DNA of 64,000 nucleotides from the NCBI RefSeq assembly GCF_009914755.1, contig NC_060933.1; one strand, written 5' to 3'. Each line of letters begins with the position of its first letter. The first letter of the stretch is position 1. Made by a program: the position numbers and the translations under genes. Source of the DNA: the human T2T-CHM13v2.0 reference genome, Homo sapiens. Of this stretch, positions 15,905-40,629 are shown in pieces. The notes beneath the pieces were generated by a model, which saw only the letters and a program-made list of their open reading frames with translations, had not been told where the DNA came from and ran no database searches.

Positions 15905-15943
<39 letters not shown>

Positions 15944-16130
15944 TATATATATATATATATATATATAGATATATATATAAAGTGGTTAGTGATTAGATTA
16001 ATTAGCGTATCCATCATCTCAAACATTTATCATTTCTTTGTGTTAGCAACATTCAGTATCCTTCTAGCCATTTGAAACTAAATATATTAACTATAATCAT
16101 CCTACAGTAGTATAGAACACTAGAACTTAT
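15850..16130 (-). mobile_element. L1MA-like 3' fragment with (TA)n expansion (about 15900-15980)
   Basis: attagcgtatccatcatctcaaacatttatcatttctttgtg motif. Confidence 0.6.
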
Positions 16131-16641
16131 TACACTTTAAAAATATTATTAGTCTAAAAGCTAATATTATAATTTTGGTTTGTAACTTCAAACACTGCTT
16201 TCTACATAATTTAAGAAACTAATGTATTTCAAAGAATTTGTAGCTTGTGTTTTGGGACTCACTATGTATACAGATGTAATTTTGTGACAGAGCTGTTAAA
16301 GTAACAGAGATTAGGTGTGTTATTGAAGTTAAAGTGGTATAAATTCCATTTAGACTGTTATAACTTTGGGATCTTAAATGTAATTTCCAAGGTAAGCACA
16401 AAGCAAATAGCTACAGAACTTGTACAAAAGGAAACAAGAAAGGAGCTTAAATACCTCACTACAAAAAGCCAAAAAAACACAAAGGAAAAGGTAATACAGG
16501 AAATGGACAAAATAGATATAAGGAATATATAAAATAAATTGCAAAATGACAAAAGTAAATCCTTCCCTTATCAGTAATTACTTTAAATGTAACTAGATTA
16601 AGCTCTCCAATTAAAAGACAAGATTAGCAGAATGTATTTTT

Positions 16642-22792
<6,151 letters not shown>

Positions 22793-24102
22793 CAGAATGT
22801 ATTTTTTTTAATGATGTAACTATAGGCTGTCTACAAGTTAAATTATGTTTACAGATTATGTGATCTATATGTAAAAAACTAAGGATTCTACCCCCAAAAA
22901 CCTGTGAAAACAAATAAATTCAGCAAAGTAGCAGAATACAAAGTGAACACACTAAAATTGGTTAGAAAAACAATAACAAAAATGGGTTGGATTTCTATAC
23001 ACTAACAGTGAACAATATCTGGAAAGGAAATTACAAAAACAATTTTGTTACAATAGCATAAAAAAAGAATAAAATACCTAGGAATTAACCAAGAAGGTGA
23101 AAGATTTGTACAATGAAAACTTCAAAACATTGCTGAAAGAAAATAAGACATAAATCAGTGGAAACACGTCCCAAATTCATGGATTGGAAGACTCTGTGTT
23201 AAGATGTCAGTACTACTCAAAGCAATCTACAGATTCAATGAAATCTCTATCAAAATTCCAGTGATGTTTTTCGCAGAAATAGAAAAACTCATTCTAGAAT
23301 TCACATGGAATCTCAAGGGACCCTGAGTAGCCAAAACAATCTTCAAAAAGAACAAAGCTGGAGGACTCATTTCTTAATTTCAAAACTTACTACAAAGCTA
23401 CAATAATCAAAACAATGTAGGACTGATTTAAAGACAGACATTGGCTAATGGAATAGAATACAGAGTCCAAAATGAACCCACCCGTACTTAGTCAAATGAA
23501 TTTTGACTAATGTGCCAAGACCATTCAATGGGGAAATGACATTCATTTAACACATGGTGCCTGGAAATCTGGATATCCACATGCAAAAGTATGAAGTTGG
23601 AACCTTAGCTAACACCATATACAAAAATTAACTCAAAATGGATCAAAGACCTACATGTAAAACCTAAAAGTATAATAGTCTTAGAAAACAGGAAAAGCTT
23701 CACTACATTGGATTTGGCAAGTGATTTCTTAGATATGACAGCAAAGGTATAGTCAACTTAAGGAGAAGAGACAGATTGGACTTAGTGAAAATGTAAAAGT
23801 TTTGTGTACTAACAGACATTATGAACAGTGAAAAGGCAACTCACAAATAGGACAAAATTTTGCAAATCATGTATCTGATAAGGGATTATAATACAGAATA
23901 TAAAGAGAACTCCTAAAACTCAACACCAAAACAACTCTGTTCAAAAATGGGCAAAGGACTTGAATAGACATTTCTCCAAGAACATATACACAAATGGCCA
24001 TTAAGTACATGAAGAGATGCTCAACATCACTAATCATTAGGGAGCTACAAATTAAAATACAGTGAGATACCACCTCACACCCATTAGAATGTCTCCTATC
24101 CA

Positions 24103-24402
<300 letters not shown>

Positions 24403-25105
24403 CTATCCAAAAAACAGAAAATAACAAGCACTGGCAAGAAAGTAGAAAAATTAGAACCGTTGCGCGCTGTTATAGTAGGGATATAAAATGGTACAGCTGC
24501 TATAGAAAACAGCATAGCAGTTCCTAAGAAAATTAAAAATAGAATTACCATGTGATCCACTGATTTCACCTGAGGTACATGCCAGAATAACTGAAAGCAG
24601 AGTCTTCAGATATTTCTACCCCTATGTTCACAGCAGCATTATTCACCGTAGCTATAACATTGGAAGCAATCCAAGTGTTCATCAAAGGATAAATAGATAA
24701 ACAAATGCAGTCTGTCCATATAATGGAATATTATTCAGCTTAAAAAGGAAGGAAATTCTGATATGTGCTACAAAATGGATGAAGTTTGTGGACATTATGC
24801 TAAGTGATATAGCCAGTCACAAAAAGACAAATACTGTATGATTTCACTTACATGAGGTACTTAGAGTAGTCTAAATAGGAGAGATTTAGGGTGGTTGCTA
24901 AAGGCAAAGGGAGGAAGGAATGGGGAGTCAGTGTTTAATAGGTGTCAAGTTTCGATTTTACAACAGGAAAACAGTTATGAAAATGGACAGTGGTGATGGT
25001 TGCACAACATTATGAATATATTTAATAGCACTAAACTTAAACCACTTAAAAGTGGTTAAGATGATAAATTTTATGTTATCTGTATTTTACAACAATAATT
25101 TTTAA

Positions 25106-25308
25106 AAATCATAATGCATTGTATGCCTGTTTGTTGATGTGGGATATTTATTATGGGATATGTATATCTATTGATATCTCATATCAATAAATAGGCATAC
25201 AATGCATTAAGATTTAAATAATAATTGTTATATATAATGTTTATTATTTAAATCATAATGCATTACATGTGTATACATAATGGCTTAAATATGATTTAAA
25301 TCATATTT
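25106..25308. repeat. Cluster of three AT-rich inverted repeats (25106-25215, 25201-25264, 25287-25308)
   Basis: Arms aligned by hand; see findings. Confidence 0.9.
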
Positions 25309-25802
25309 TGGCAGTGTCTCAGCCTCTCCCAAAGTGTACAGATTATTACAGGCATGAGCCACCATGCCAGGCCAGAATATATCTTGGAAACAGTAAATAA
25401 GTAGTATGTATGGCAGGTAAAGACAGACAACTCAGTATGAAAATAGGTAAGCAATTTGATCAGACCGTTTGCACCAAAAATACTAACAAAATTCAAATGG
25501 TGAGTAAACAAATGTAAGTGTTAAATCCATTAATAAAAGAAAAGCAATTTTAAATCATTATGAGATTCCATAGCATACCTACCAGAATGGTGGGTATTAA
25601 AAAGAATATTAAAAAGACTAACCCTGCCAATTATTAGGATATGGAACAATAGATATTCTCATATACTGCTGATGGAACTGTAAACTGACAAAAATACTTA
25701 GACATTATCTGTAAAATTTGAAGATTCACATATCCCTAGGTGTGTGTGTATATATATATCCAAAGAAACATGTGCACATGTATATCAAGAAACACGCACA
25801 GG

Positions 25803-25987
25803 GGCTGGGTGCAGTGGCTCACGGCTGTAATCCCAGCACTTTAGGAGGCTGAGGCAGGCTGATCACTTGAGGCCAGGAGTTCAAGACCAGCCTGGCCAAC
25901 ATGGCAAAACCCTGTCTCTACTAAAAATACAAAATATTAGCTGGGCATGGTGGCGGGCACCTGTAGTCCTCACTACTCGGGAGGCTG
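25803..25987 (+). mobile_element. 3'-truncated Alu within L1ME-like relics
   Basis: Left arm plus start of right arm. Confidence 0.88.
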
Positions 25988-26244
25988 TGATGTATTCTTA
26001 TTATGAAATACCATTTAGAATTGAGAAGAACAACACCATGGAGCTACATACGACATCATAAATGAATCTCCCAAACAAAATACTGAGCAATATAAGTCAA
26101 AATATATGTTTTATGATTCTATATACATGAAGTTTAGAAACAGGCAAAAAAATAAGCTTTCTTGTTTAGGGGTGCATACTTAAGTAAGGAAAAAATCTAA
26201 GGGAAAAGAAAAGCAAGGAAGGTATTTGTAGAAAAATCAAGATA

Positions 26245-26356
26245 GCTGGGCATAATGTTATGCCCCTATAGTCCCAGCTACTTGGAAGCTGAGGTGGGAA
26301 GATTGAGCCCAGGAGTTCAAGTCTGGCCCGGGCAACACAGGGAGACCCTATCTTTT
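26245..26356 (+). mobile_element. FLAM-like free Alu monomer, tail displaced to about 29744-29750 by L1 insertion
   Basis: agtcccagctacttgg...gagcccaggagttcaag...gggcaacacagggagaccc. Confidence 0.75.
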
Positions 26357-29862
<3,506 letters not shown>

Positions 29863-30603
29863 TTACATTTTGTGTTTTTTTCTGCATTCTATAAGACATA
29901 CATTATAGTTTATGCATTATAAAAATCTGTGTCAAGAAACCAAATAAGATCCAAAATATATATATATAAAGAAACTCACACCTAAATATAATTTAATGGA
30001 ACTGCAGTGACCAAAGATGAAACGAAGATCTTTGAAGCATCCAAAGGAATGGATTGGCTATATTGGCAAACTCTGATCCTTCAACAGCAGCAATGGAAAC
30101 CAGGAAGCAGTGGTAGCTTCGTTACTCTCAGAGAAAATAATAGCATACTTCCTATACCCAGCAAATACTGTCTTTCAGAATGAAAGTGAAATAAAGAGAA
30201 TGTTAGATTAAATAGAAACTGAGAGAATTTACCTCCAATAGACACACATTTTAGAATGAAAGGATCATCTCCAAGTAGAAGGAAAATGATCCAAGAAGGA
30301 AGGTTTGAGGTGCAAGAAGGAATAAAAAGCAAAGAATAAGGTAAATATGTCAAACAGTGACTGTATAACATAATCATAATGATGTCATATGAGAGGCTTT
30401 TTAAGCTAGCATTCAAAAATACACAGTAATACAAGGTTGCTTGAAATTAAAATGTTCTGAATTCTTGTGTTCAAGAGGAGGACTGAGACATCCATTTGTT
30501 TAGACTTTGATGAGTATAGATGATAAAATGTCTAAGGTAACCCCTTAACAAAAATAAGGTATGTGACTTTTCAGCTAACACAGGGGAAAAACACTTGGTG
30601 GTG

Positions 30604-30950
<347 letters not shown>

Positions 30951-31279
30951 TGATAAAGAAAGCAAAAAGGAAAAAAATAATTTTAAAACAATTTAAAAAG
31001 TCAATTGTGGGACATCCAGATAGAACAGAATGAAGAGGTCAGTGATCCTCTTCCCAAGATAACAAGTGTAAAACTGAAAAATTCACTAAAATAATTGCTT
31101 AGGGCCCTGGAGATTGACAAAAGGTAAAGAAAAAATAATGTGGAGCCTGATTCTGCCCTCTCTTTTATTATCTGTGTTCAATAACGGTGTCCTTTCTGGA
31201 AAAAAAAAAAAGACACCCAACCCCATTCCATATTCCTCATTGTCACTATGTAATGGAATAGAAAAAGGGGACTGTTGTA

Positions 31280-31790
31280 TTGTTAAGATTCTTTTTGGTG
31301 GCAAGTAATAGAAACAACACTTCAAATAAGCCCTAGTACGCAAGGGAATGTATTGGAAGGGCACTGAAGAATATCCTGCTCTCAAAGGGCAGGAAGAGTA
31401 GAACGACTCCCTAGGGCCTGGGAAGAGGAATGGGGATACTCTTGTGGCCCACCGAGTCTTCAGATTCTCTATCTTGCTTTCTTTTTCTGAGGTCTTGTGT
31501 TCTCTTAGCCTCACCACTTTCTGTAAGTCTACTTTACTCTCCTCTCCCAAAAGGTGTTGTCTTCTGCAGAACAGCTTTCACTGTGTTTGACAGGCACATG
31601 GCAAAATGATGCATCTATATGTCTTCAGTTTAAGCAACTTCCCAGACTGGTGGTCGGATTCTCAATGTGAAGTTTCTCCAAGACAGTCTGATTGGGTCGT
31701 CTTGGGTCATGTGTCCATCCTTGGTCTCATCAATTATTATCTGTGGGATCAAGATCAAATTGTACAAGCATGGCTGGGTGGTGGTGATAT
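31280..31790. mobile_element. MLT1-like (ERVL-MaLR) LTR relic
   Basis: tctgattgggtcgtcttgggtcatgtgtccatcctt motif; weak, by eye. Confidence 0.45.
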
Positions 31791-32887
31791 ACACTAGTAT
31801 AGAGTTAAACATATTCAGCAGAAGAATATTCATGTAGACTACCCTATAAAAAGCCTTTGTAACAAACAGAAAAGTTAGTGTTTAATATAACTTTATTCAG
31901 TCAACATGCATTTATCTTTACTTCCTGAAGAGAACATCCTTTGTATTGTTGGACTGCTTTACTGTGTAACCTAGTGCAAGCTTTGTACCTATTAATCTGT
32001 CGGTATGTATTGGTTTGATTATTTTCTGTTTCATTCACTTATAGCATATTTGTAAATGCTTACAGGAATCTTGTAGGTTTTAACTCTATCTCACAAGTAT
32101 CATTCTTAAACTAATATATGAGGTTCAAAGATTATGGGTGCTTTATTTCATTCTTAGCATTTTTTTCTGAATATGTGCTTAAATTACAGAGGAGTGGGGT
32201 TTTTTTTTTCTTCTTTTTTGGAGGGTAGATTAAAACCATTAGCTATACTTAGGCATAGTCCTCAGTGGATAAGAGTTGTTTTGCTTTCAAAATTTTCAAG
32301 CAGGCTTTAGTGAAACAAACAATATTTTCACTATGAAATCACCAGCATGCTAGCTGGAAGAGCTGTGCCATCATCTGTTTATGGTGGTATGCCATTTGGT
32401 ATCTATAATTCAGAACAGCAAAGGTAAAATTTAAATGTTTGCATACTGAAAATTACTTCTCTATGTCTTTGGAAAAGAGTATTAGCAATGGTTGGGCATG
32501 TAGCAAAAACCAAGCTTTCTGTCTATGAGTTGATGGCTCTGCTTAGTTCAGTTTCTTGAACCATTACAAGCCCCATGCAAGCATTGTGCTGTCTGTCAAA
32601 TATAACCAAAGGCTGAATGAAAACACTGGGATTAGTTCCACTTCCTCAGAATGTGTCAGGGACCTGGCCACACCTCACCCCAGCCATCCCCCAGTCCCAG
32701 CCTGGCCCATTTCATGAGGTACCATTCAAATGACTCCCATCTGCAGCAATACAAATTACTTTCCAAACAAGTCCCTGGCTGCAGTGACTCCCAGCATGCA
32801 TTGGCTTTTCCCATTTACTCTTTGCTTCCCAAAATCAGATGAGGGTCTTGCCTAAGTATGTGTTTCACATAGTATTGGCACAGATAG

Positions 32888-33194
<307 letters not shown>

Positions 33195-33449
33195 GTAAGT
33201 TCGTTTTAACCAGTTAGTTGTATTGTTCATTCAACAGGCTGTTATGTGTGAGGAACTGCAGTAGTTGCTTCTGTCTTGGGCCAAGTGTCTTCCCTAAAGC
33301 TCTAGAGTCTTTAAATTAAAACATCTATATAAAAATTTCCCTATTTTTCCTTTCTTGTTTAAATTTATTTCTCAATTATTCTTCCATAATTCCCAGTTTC
33401 ATTAATTCCTTTTACATTTTGTTTAGCTTTTTCATTTGTAGGTCATGTA

Positions 33450-33900
33450 CATTCGTACATTCATGAATTCAGCAAATGTTTGTCAAGCACCTATTATGCA
33501 CCCATGTATTATGCTAGCAGTAACAAATTGCATGTTATATAGTTGTTTCAGTGCTTCAGTATTTAGTTGAAGCAACAAATATATACACCTAACTGTAACC
33601 ACAAGTGATTGCTATACTATACAGATTATATGGGAATATAGTAGAGGAAGCAGGGAGATTTCCTGAAGAGATGGCATTTGAGTAGAATGACAAGAATGTT
33701 TACAGGTGATGCCTGAAGGAAGACTGCTCACTAGGACTGGGCTGTAATATTAGAAGCAAAGGCTAGAAAGTAAGTTTGGAGAAATGTTACAGAGGGCCTT
33801 GAGTACCACATTTTAGAAATATAGTCTTCATTCTAGGCTCTTAAAAAATCAGTTTATATTTTTGAGGGGGGATAGTGACATGAAATCACTCATGTTTAAG
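33450..33900 (-). mobile_element. L2 3' relic
   Basis: cattcatgaattcagcaaatgtttgtcaagcacctattatg. Confidence 0.6.
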
Positions 33901-34550
33901 GAGGATAGTTTTGGAGATTTGTAAATGATAGAGAATCAAAAGTCTGGCTCCATTTTTGATAGTTGACTATCCATTCACCAGTTGATGAGAATTTGAGTGG
34001 TTAGAATTTGTTTGTCTGTACCAAATAAAGCTGCTGTGAACGTTCATGTGCAAGTCTTTGTATGGACTTGATTTCATTTCTCATCGTTAGATTTCTAGGA
34101 GTGGAATTACTGGTTGTATGGCAAGCTTATGTTTACAGTTTAAGAAACTGCCAAACCAAAGAAAATGGGAGAGTAGGGCTCTCAAAGAATCAGTATCTCC
34201 TCTGAAACCACCATAAACTGCCAAAAATTGACAGTATAAACTTTCGGAACTCTGGAATCTAAAATTGACAGAATAAACTTTCAGAACTTTCAGAACACTT
34301 GCAACGACTGGGCAAGTGCTTGGTGAGGAGAAGGCCTATGAATTCCAGTGAAAGTATCAATATTATGGTGTTTTCACTAGGCTATCATCTATCCTTCCCT
34401 AGCACAGAAGGGGCGGCTGTGACGATAGCAGCCCATGTTCTTGGTGTAGCTTGCTTGGTACAAAGGGATGAATATAGACCTTCTTTAAAAACTGTGGTTG
34501 TTCATTCTGACCTGTCTGCTGGTTCCTGAAGGGACTGGTGCAGAGGCTGA

Positions 34551-34915
<365 letters not shown>

Positions 34916-35756
34916 TGTAGAAAGATTTAAAGTCATGTACTACCCCTGCCTGCCTGGGGCAAGGGATGGTGGACAGAGCAAGCAGCAGACAAATCCAAAA
35001 ACCCTCGAAGGAGGAGGCTGGGGGAAGTTTCTTGGGGAACAGAGGGCTTGGAAGGACCATGCATATACCAGGGGAAAAAAGAGTACAATATACGTGCCCG
35101 GTATTGGATACATACTCAGAAAAGACCTAAGAGGAGACTAGCTTTGCACCTCTGCTGGAGCAAGTAAGGGGTGAGGGCTAAGGCAGAGTTGTAGGCAGGC
35201 TGCCATAGCTTTAAGGGAGTGCCCCTCTCAGAGCCAAAGTGGAAAGACTGGGAGAATCATTTTTTTTTTTATTTTCTTTGATCTCCAGACATCTAAGGAA
35301 ATCTCCATCAGGTCACTGGCTTACCAATGAGATATTGTAACAAAGACTTCACTGACCACACACAAGCAGGAATACAGTCTGTGCAAATGGTTTGGAAAAG
35401 TTGTTAAGCAGACAACTGCAGCCCTCAGCAATCAACAACAGCAAACCCTGAGGACGGGAGAATTTGGTTCCTAGAATCACTGCATTCTGGTATTCAAAAT
35501 ACCTGGTGTTCAACAACAAGAAAAAGACAGGGCATAGAAAGAAACAGGAAAGAATGTCCCATTTGGTGGGGGCGGGGGCGGGGGCACATGGGAATGACAG
35601 AAATCATCTCTGAGGAAACCCAGAATTGGACTTACTAGACAAACACTTTTAATGAACAACTGTCCTAAATATGCTCAGAGAAAAAAGAAAAAAACAGGAA
35701 AACAAAGTATGAACAAAATGAGATATCAATAAGGAGACAGAAATTATAAAAAGGGG

Positions 35757-36780
<1,024 letters not shown>

Positions 36781-36802
36781 GAGAGAAAGAACAGCTGTGA
36801 GT

Positions 36803-37122
36803 TTTTTGTTTGTTTGTTTGTTTGTTTTGGTTTTTTTGAGACAGAGTCTCGCTCTGTCGCCCAGGCTGGAGTGCAGTGGCGCGATCTCGGCTCACTGCAA
36901 GCTCTGTCTCCAGGTTCACACCATTCTCCTGCCTCAGTCTCCCGAGTAGCTGGGACTACAGGCGCCCGGCACCACACCCGGCTAATTTTTTGTATTTTTT
37001 TTTTTAGTAGAGACATGGTTTCACCTTGTTAGCCAGGATGGTCTAGATCTCCTGACCTCGTGATCCGCCCACCTCAGCCTCCCAAAGTGCTGGGATTACA
37101 GGCGTGAGCCACTGTGCCCGGC
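36803..37122 (-). mobile_element. AluY
   Basis: Y diagnostics (gcaagctc, ttcacaccattc); TSD cagctgtgagtttt. Confidence 0.9.
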
Positions 37123-37614
37123 CAGCTGTGAGTTTTAAAAGGTTTTTCTCTGTTGTAACATCTCCCTTCCCATCACCTAACCCCCAGGATATGGGCTCAG
37201 GGAAAAGTGTTTTGAAGAGAGAATAGATCTGTATAATGCTTAGTTGAAATCTTCCATAAACCCATAAGAGAATCACTTCACACCCATTAAAATAGCTGTA
37301 ATCAACAAAACGCAGACAATATCAAGTGCAGGTGAGAATGTAAAGAAGGTGGAACCTTGGCTGGGTGCTTTCCTGGAAGAAGCTCCAATATTGGGCCCCA
37401 GAGTTAGGGTTGTAGGAAGATGAGAGATAAAGGCATTCTTCTTGCAAGAGTTAGTAAATCCCTAGTCTGAGACGCCCATGAGAGGTGAATGTATGTGGGG
37501 TTATGAATAAATAAAATACCTGCATTACTACGAAATTTAAGGGGACAAATATAGCTCTGCTTAATATGCAAATGTATCATTTCAGAATTTATAAAGGACA
37601 TTAAAAAATTGAAA

Positions 37615-37934
<320 letters not shown>

Positions 37935-39708
37935 TTAAGAGAAAAAGGAAACTACCAAATGGTTTTATAAAATGACTGTACCATTTTATAATGCACCAAA
38001 AAATTTGTGTAAGATAAGACCTGCAGGGAAAAAAAAAAATCCAAACCATGCTTATTGGAAGATATGCCCTTGTCTGTCAACCCTAACCCAAGAAAAGACA
38101 TACTGACTTCCCAGAACAGCATTCCCACATTCTTGAAATTACATGGACATTCTCATACATGTTGGCTGTACCAACAGTATGTGAAGTTCCACCTTCTTTA
38201 CATTTTTACCTGCACTTGATATTGTCTGTTTTGTTGATTACAGCTATTTTAATGGGTGTGAAGTGATTCTCTTATGCGTTTACGAAAGATTTCAACTAAG
38301 CATTATACAGACCTATTTTTTATTTAGAGCTCTTTTATTTTGAGCTTTTAATGATAGTTCAAATTGTTGTTGAATGCCTTTTTAAACTACTTTATCTTAC
38401 AAAGTCTAGTTGTAATTTAAATTGAAGATAATCATATGTTCATATTTCCTGACTCTATCAGTTTTTATTCACCCTTTAATTATGATGTTTTTATTATGTT
38501 TAAAATATTGTATTCATCTGAAAAGCTCAAACTACACAGTATCATCCCTGCTCCCCCACACCTACCTCCCAAAAAGAGGTTTCATTGTTTCTTCGCCCCA
38601 CTTTATAACAACATCAGTCACATTCACATACAAAGGATGTGGAACAGAAAAGACCCAAAGAGCTTTGCAAATGCTCCTGGAGGGCACTGGCAGGCACTGG
38701 TTGAGCAAGTTCTCTAATGGTGTGTCAGTGGTGAGGTACAGTTCAACAAAGAGTTTTCAGAGGCTTTAATTATATTAACACAACAAATTGTTAACTACTT
38801 GTTCTAAGGTTTTTTTCAAACTTTAACTTTAGTTTCTTCTCAATGCATTCTCTTGCTTTATAAGACACTATAAAACACATCTGGTTAGCATTCAGCACTT
38901 ATGGCACTTGTAAATAAAGAATCCTCTTTCTATTACAAATGTGTGAATAAATGCTATGCTTAAAGATGTTTGATTTTTAAAACAGTGTAGAATTCGTATT
39001 TGTCTGAGGCCGAAGTATGACTTTTAGGAAATTGGAATCTGTCCTTTGGCTATTTTGTCTTTAAGAAAGAAGCTGACAGCTTGACTGTCTTGGCCCACAC
39101 TCCCTGTTTCCATTTCCTCCTGCGGGCCAGGGCTGCATAATCAAAGTTAGACAGTTGTTATGCAAGCTTCCTGGTCTCAGGGGCCCTTATCCCTGTCCAG
39201 CCCTTAAACACAACATCTCTCTGTTTCCAAATAAATCCAAGAACTGTACAATCCCTTTCCATGTGTTTGGTCAGCTTTGGCTTCTGGAAATTAGTATGTT
39301 TCTTCAACTGTCATTTAAATGTGCAAGTTAGCTGAATTCTTAATAGAAGGAGATTTTGAAAGATAAATAGAAAGCTCACAAACGTCAAAACAAATGTATA
39401 TAACTAATATCTGCATGTATCAAAGATTTCTAATCTGCAGCTTTTGACCCGTTTATTCAAACGTGATGCAGCTAATTCTAGTGGAACAAAATAATGTGGA
39501 CCATAGTTTCAGGATAGAGAAGTATTAAACAATTGAAGTTTTGAATAAATGAGCCAAAAGGGAGTCAACATTAAAGTCTTTATACTTTCAGATAAGTTTA
39601 AACATTTCCACTCATTGAAATACCAAGAGAATGGGAATGCACTGAAAACATTATTCAGAGCACACCAAAAAGTAATAAAAAATTGTGCATAAAATAAGAC
39701 CTGCAGGG

Positions 39709-40172
<464 letters not shown>

Positions 40173-40537
40173 TCACGGGAAATAAAATAGATGATATGTT
40201 CTTTGTAACAAATCCTGGAGAATCTGTCTGCGATGTTTCATTTATGGTCACTGTTCTCTAGGATAAGATAAATGTGACAGAGCTAGAAAAGATCCAAAGA
40301 GAGGAAGTAAAGTCACCAAGATGGCTACAGAGCTTCCAGATTAAAAAAAGAAAAAGCATTTTCCAAAGTGGAAGGGTAACAGCAGAGAGGAGGCATCTTG
40401 GCACTCATCACAATTTTTAAATTATAAATTTAATTTATTTCGTTATTTATTATCTGTCTTTTCCACCAAATTTTATGCTTCATGAGGTCAGGAATACTGT
40501 CTTATTTTTTAACTTTTTGTTGAAATATAGACATACA

Positions 40538-40629
40538 TGGGTGCAGCACACCAACATGGCACATGTATACATATGTAACTAACCTGCACATTGTGCACAT
40601 GTACCCTAAAACTTAAAGTATAAAAAAAA
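40538..40629 (+). mobile_element. Extremely 5'-truncated L1PA (about 90 bp) within an L1ME-like relic (about 40500-41440)
   Basis: tgggtgcagcacaccaacatggcac...cctaaaacttaaagtat(A)n; TSD atagacataca at 40527-37 and 40630-40. Confidence 0.9.

Noticed and set aside
32250-32440. Possible cryptic exon ending at AAG|GTAAAA
   Set aside because: No convincing open frame or homology; cannot be supported without transcript data.
35565-35585. G-quadruplex motif ggtgggggcgggggcggggg
   Set aside because: Inside a decayed L1M with no promoter context; nothing indicates function.
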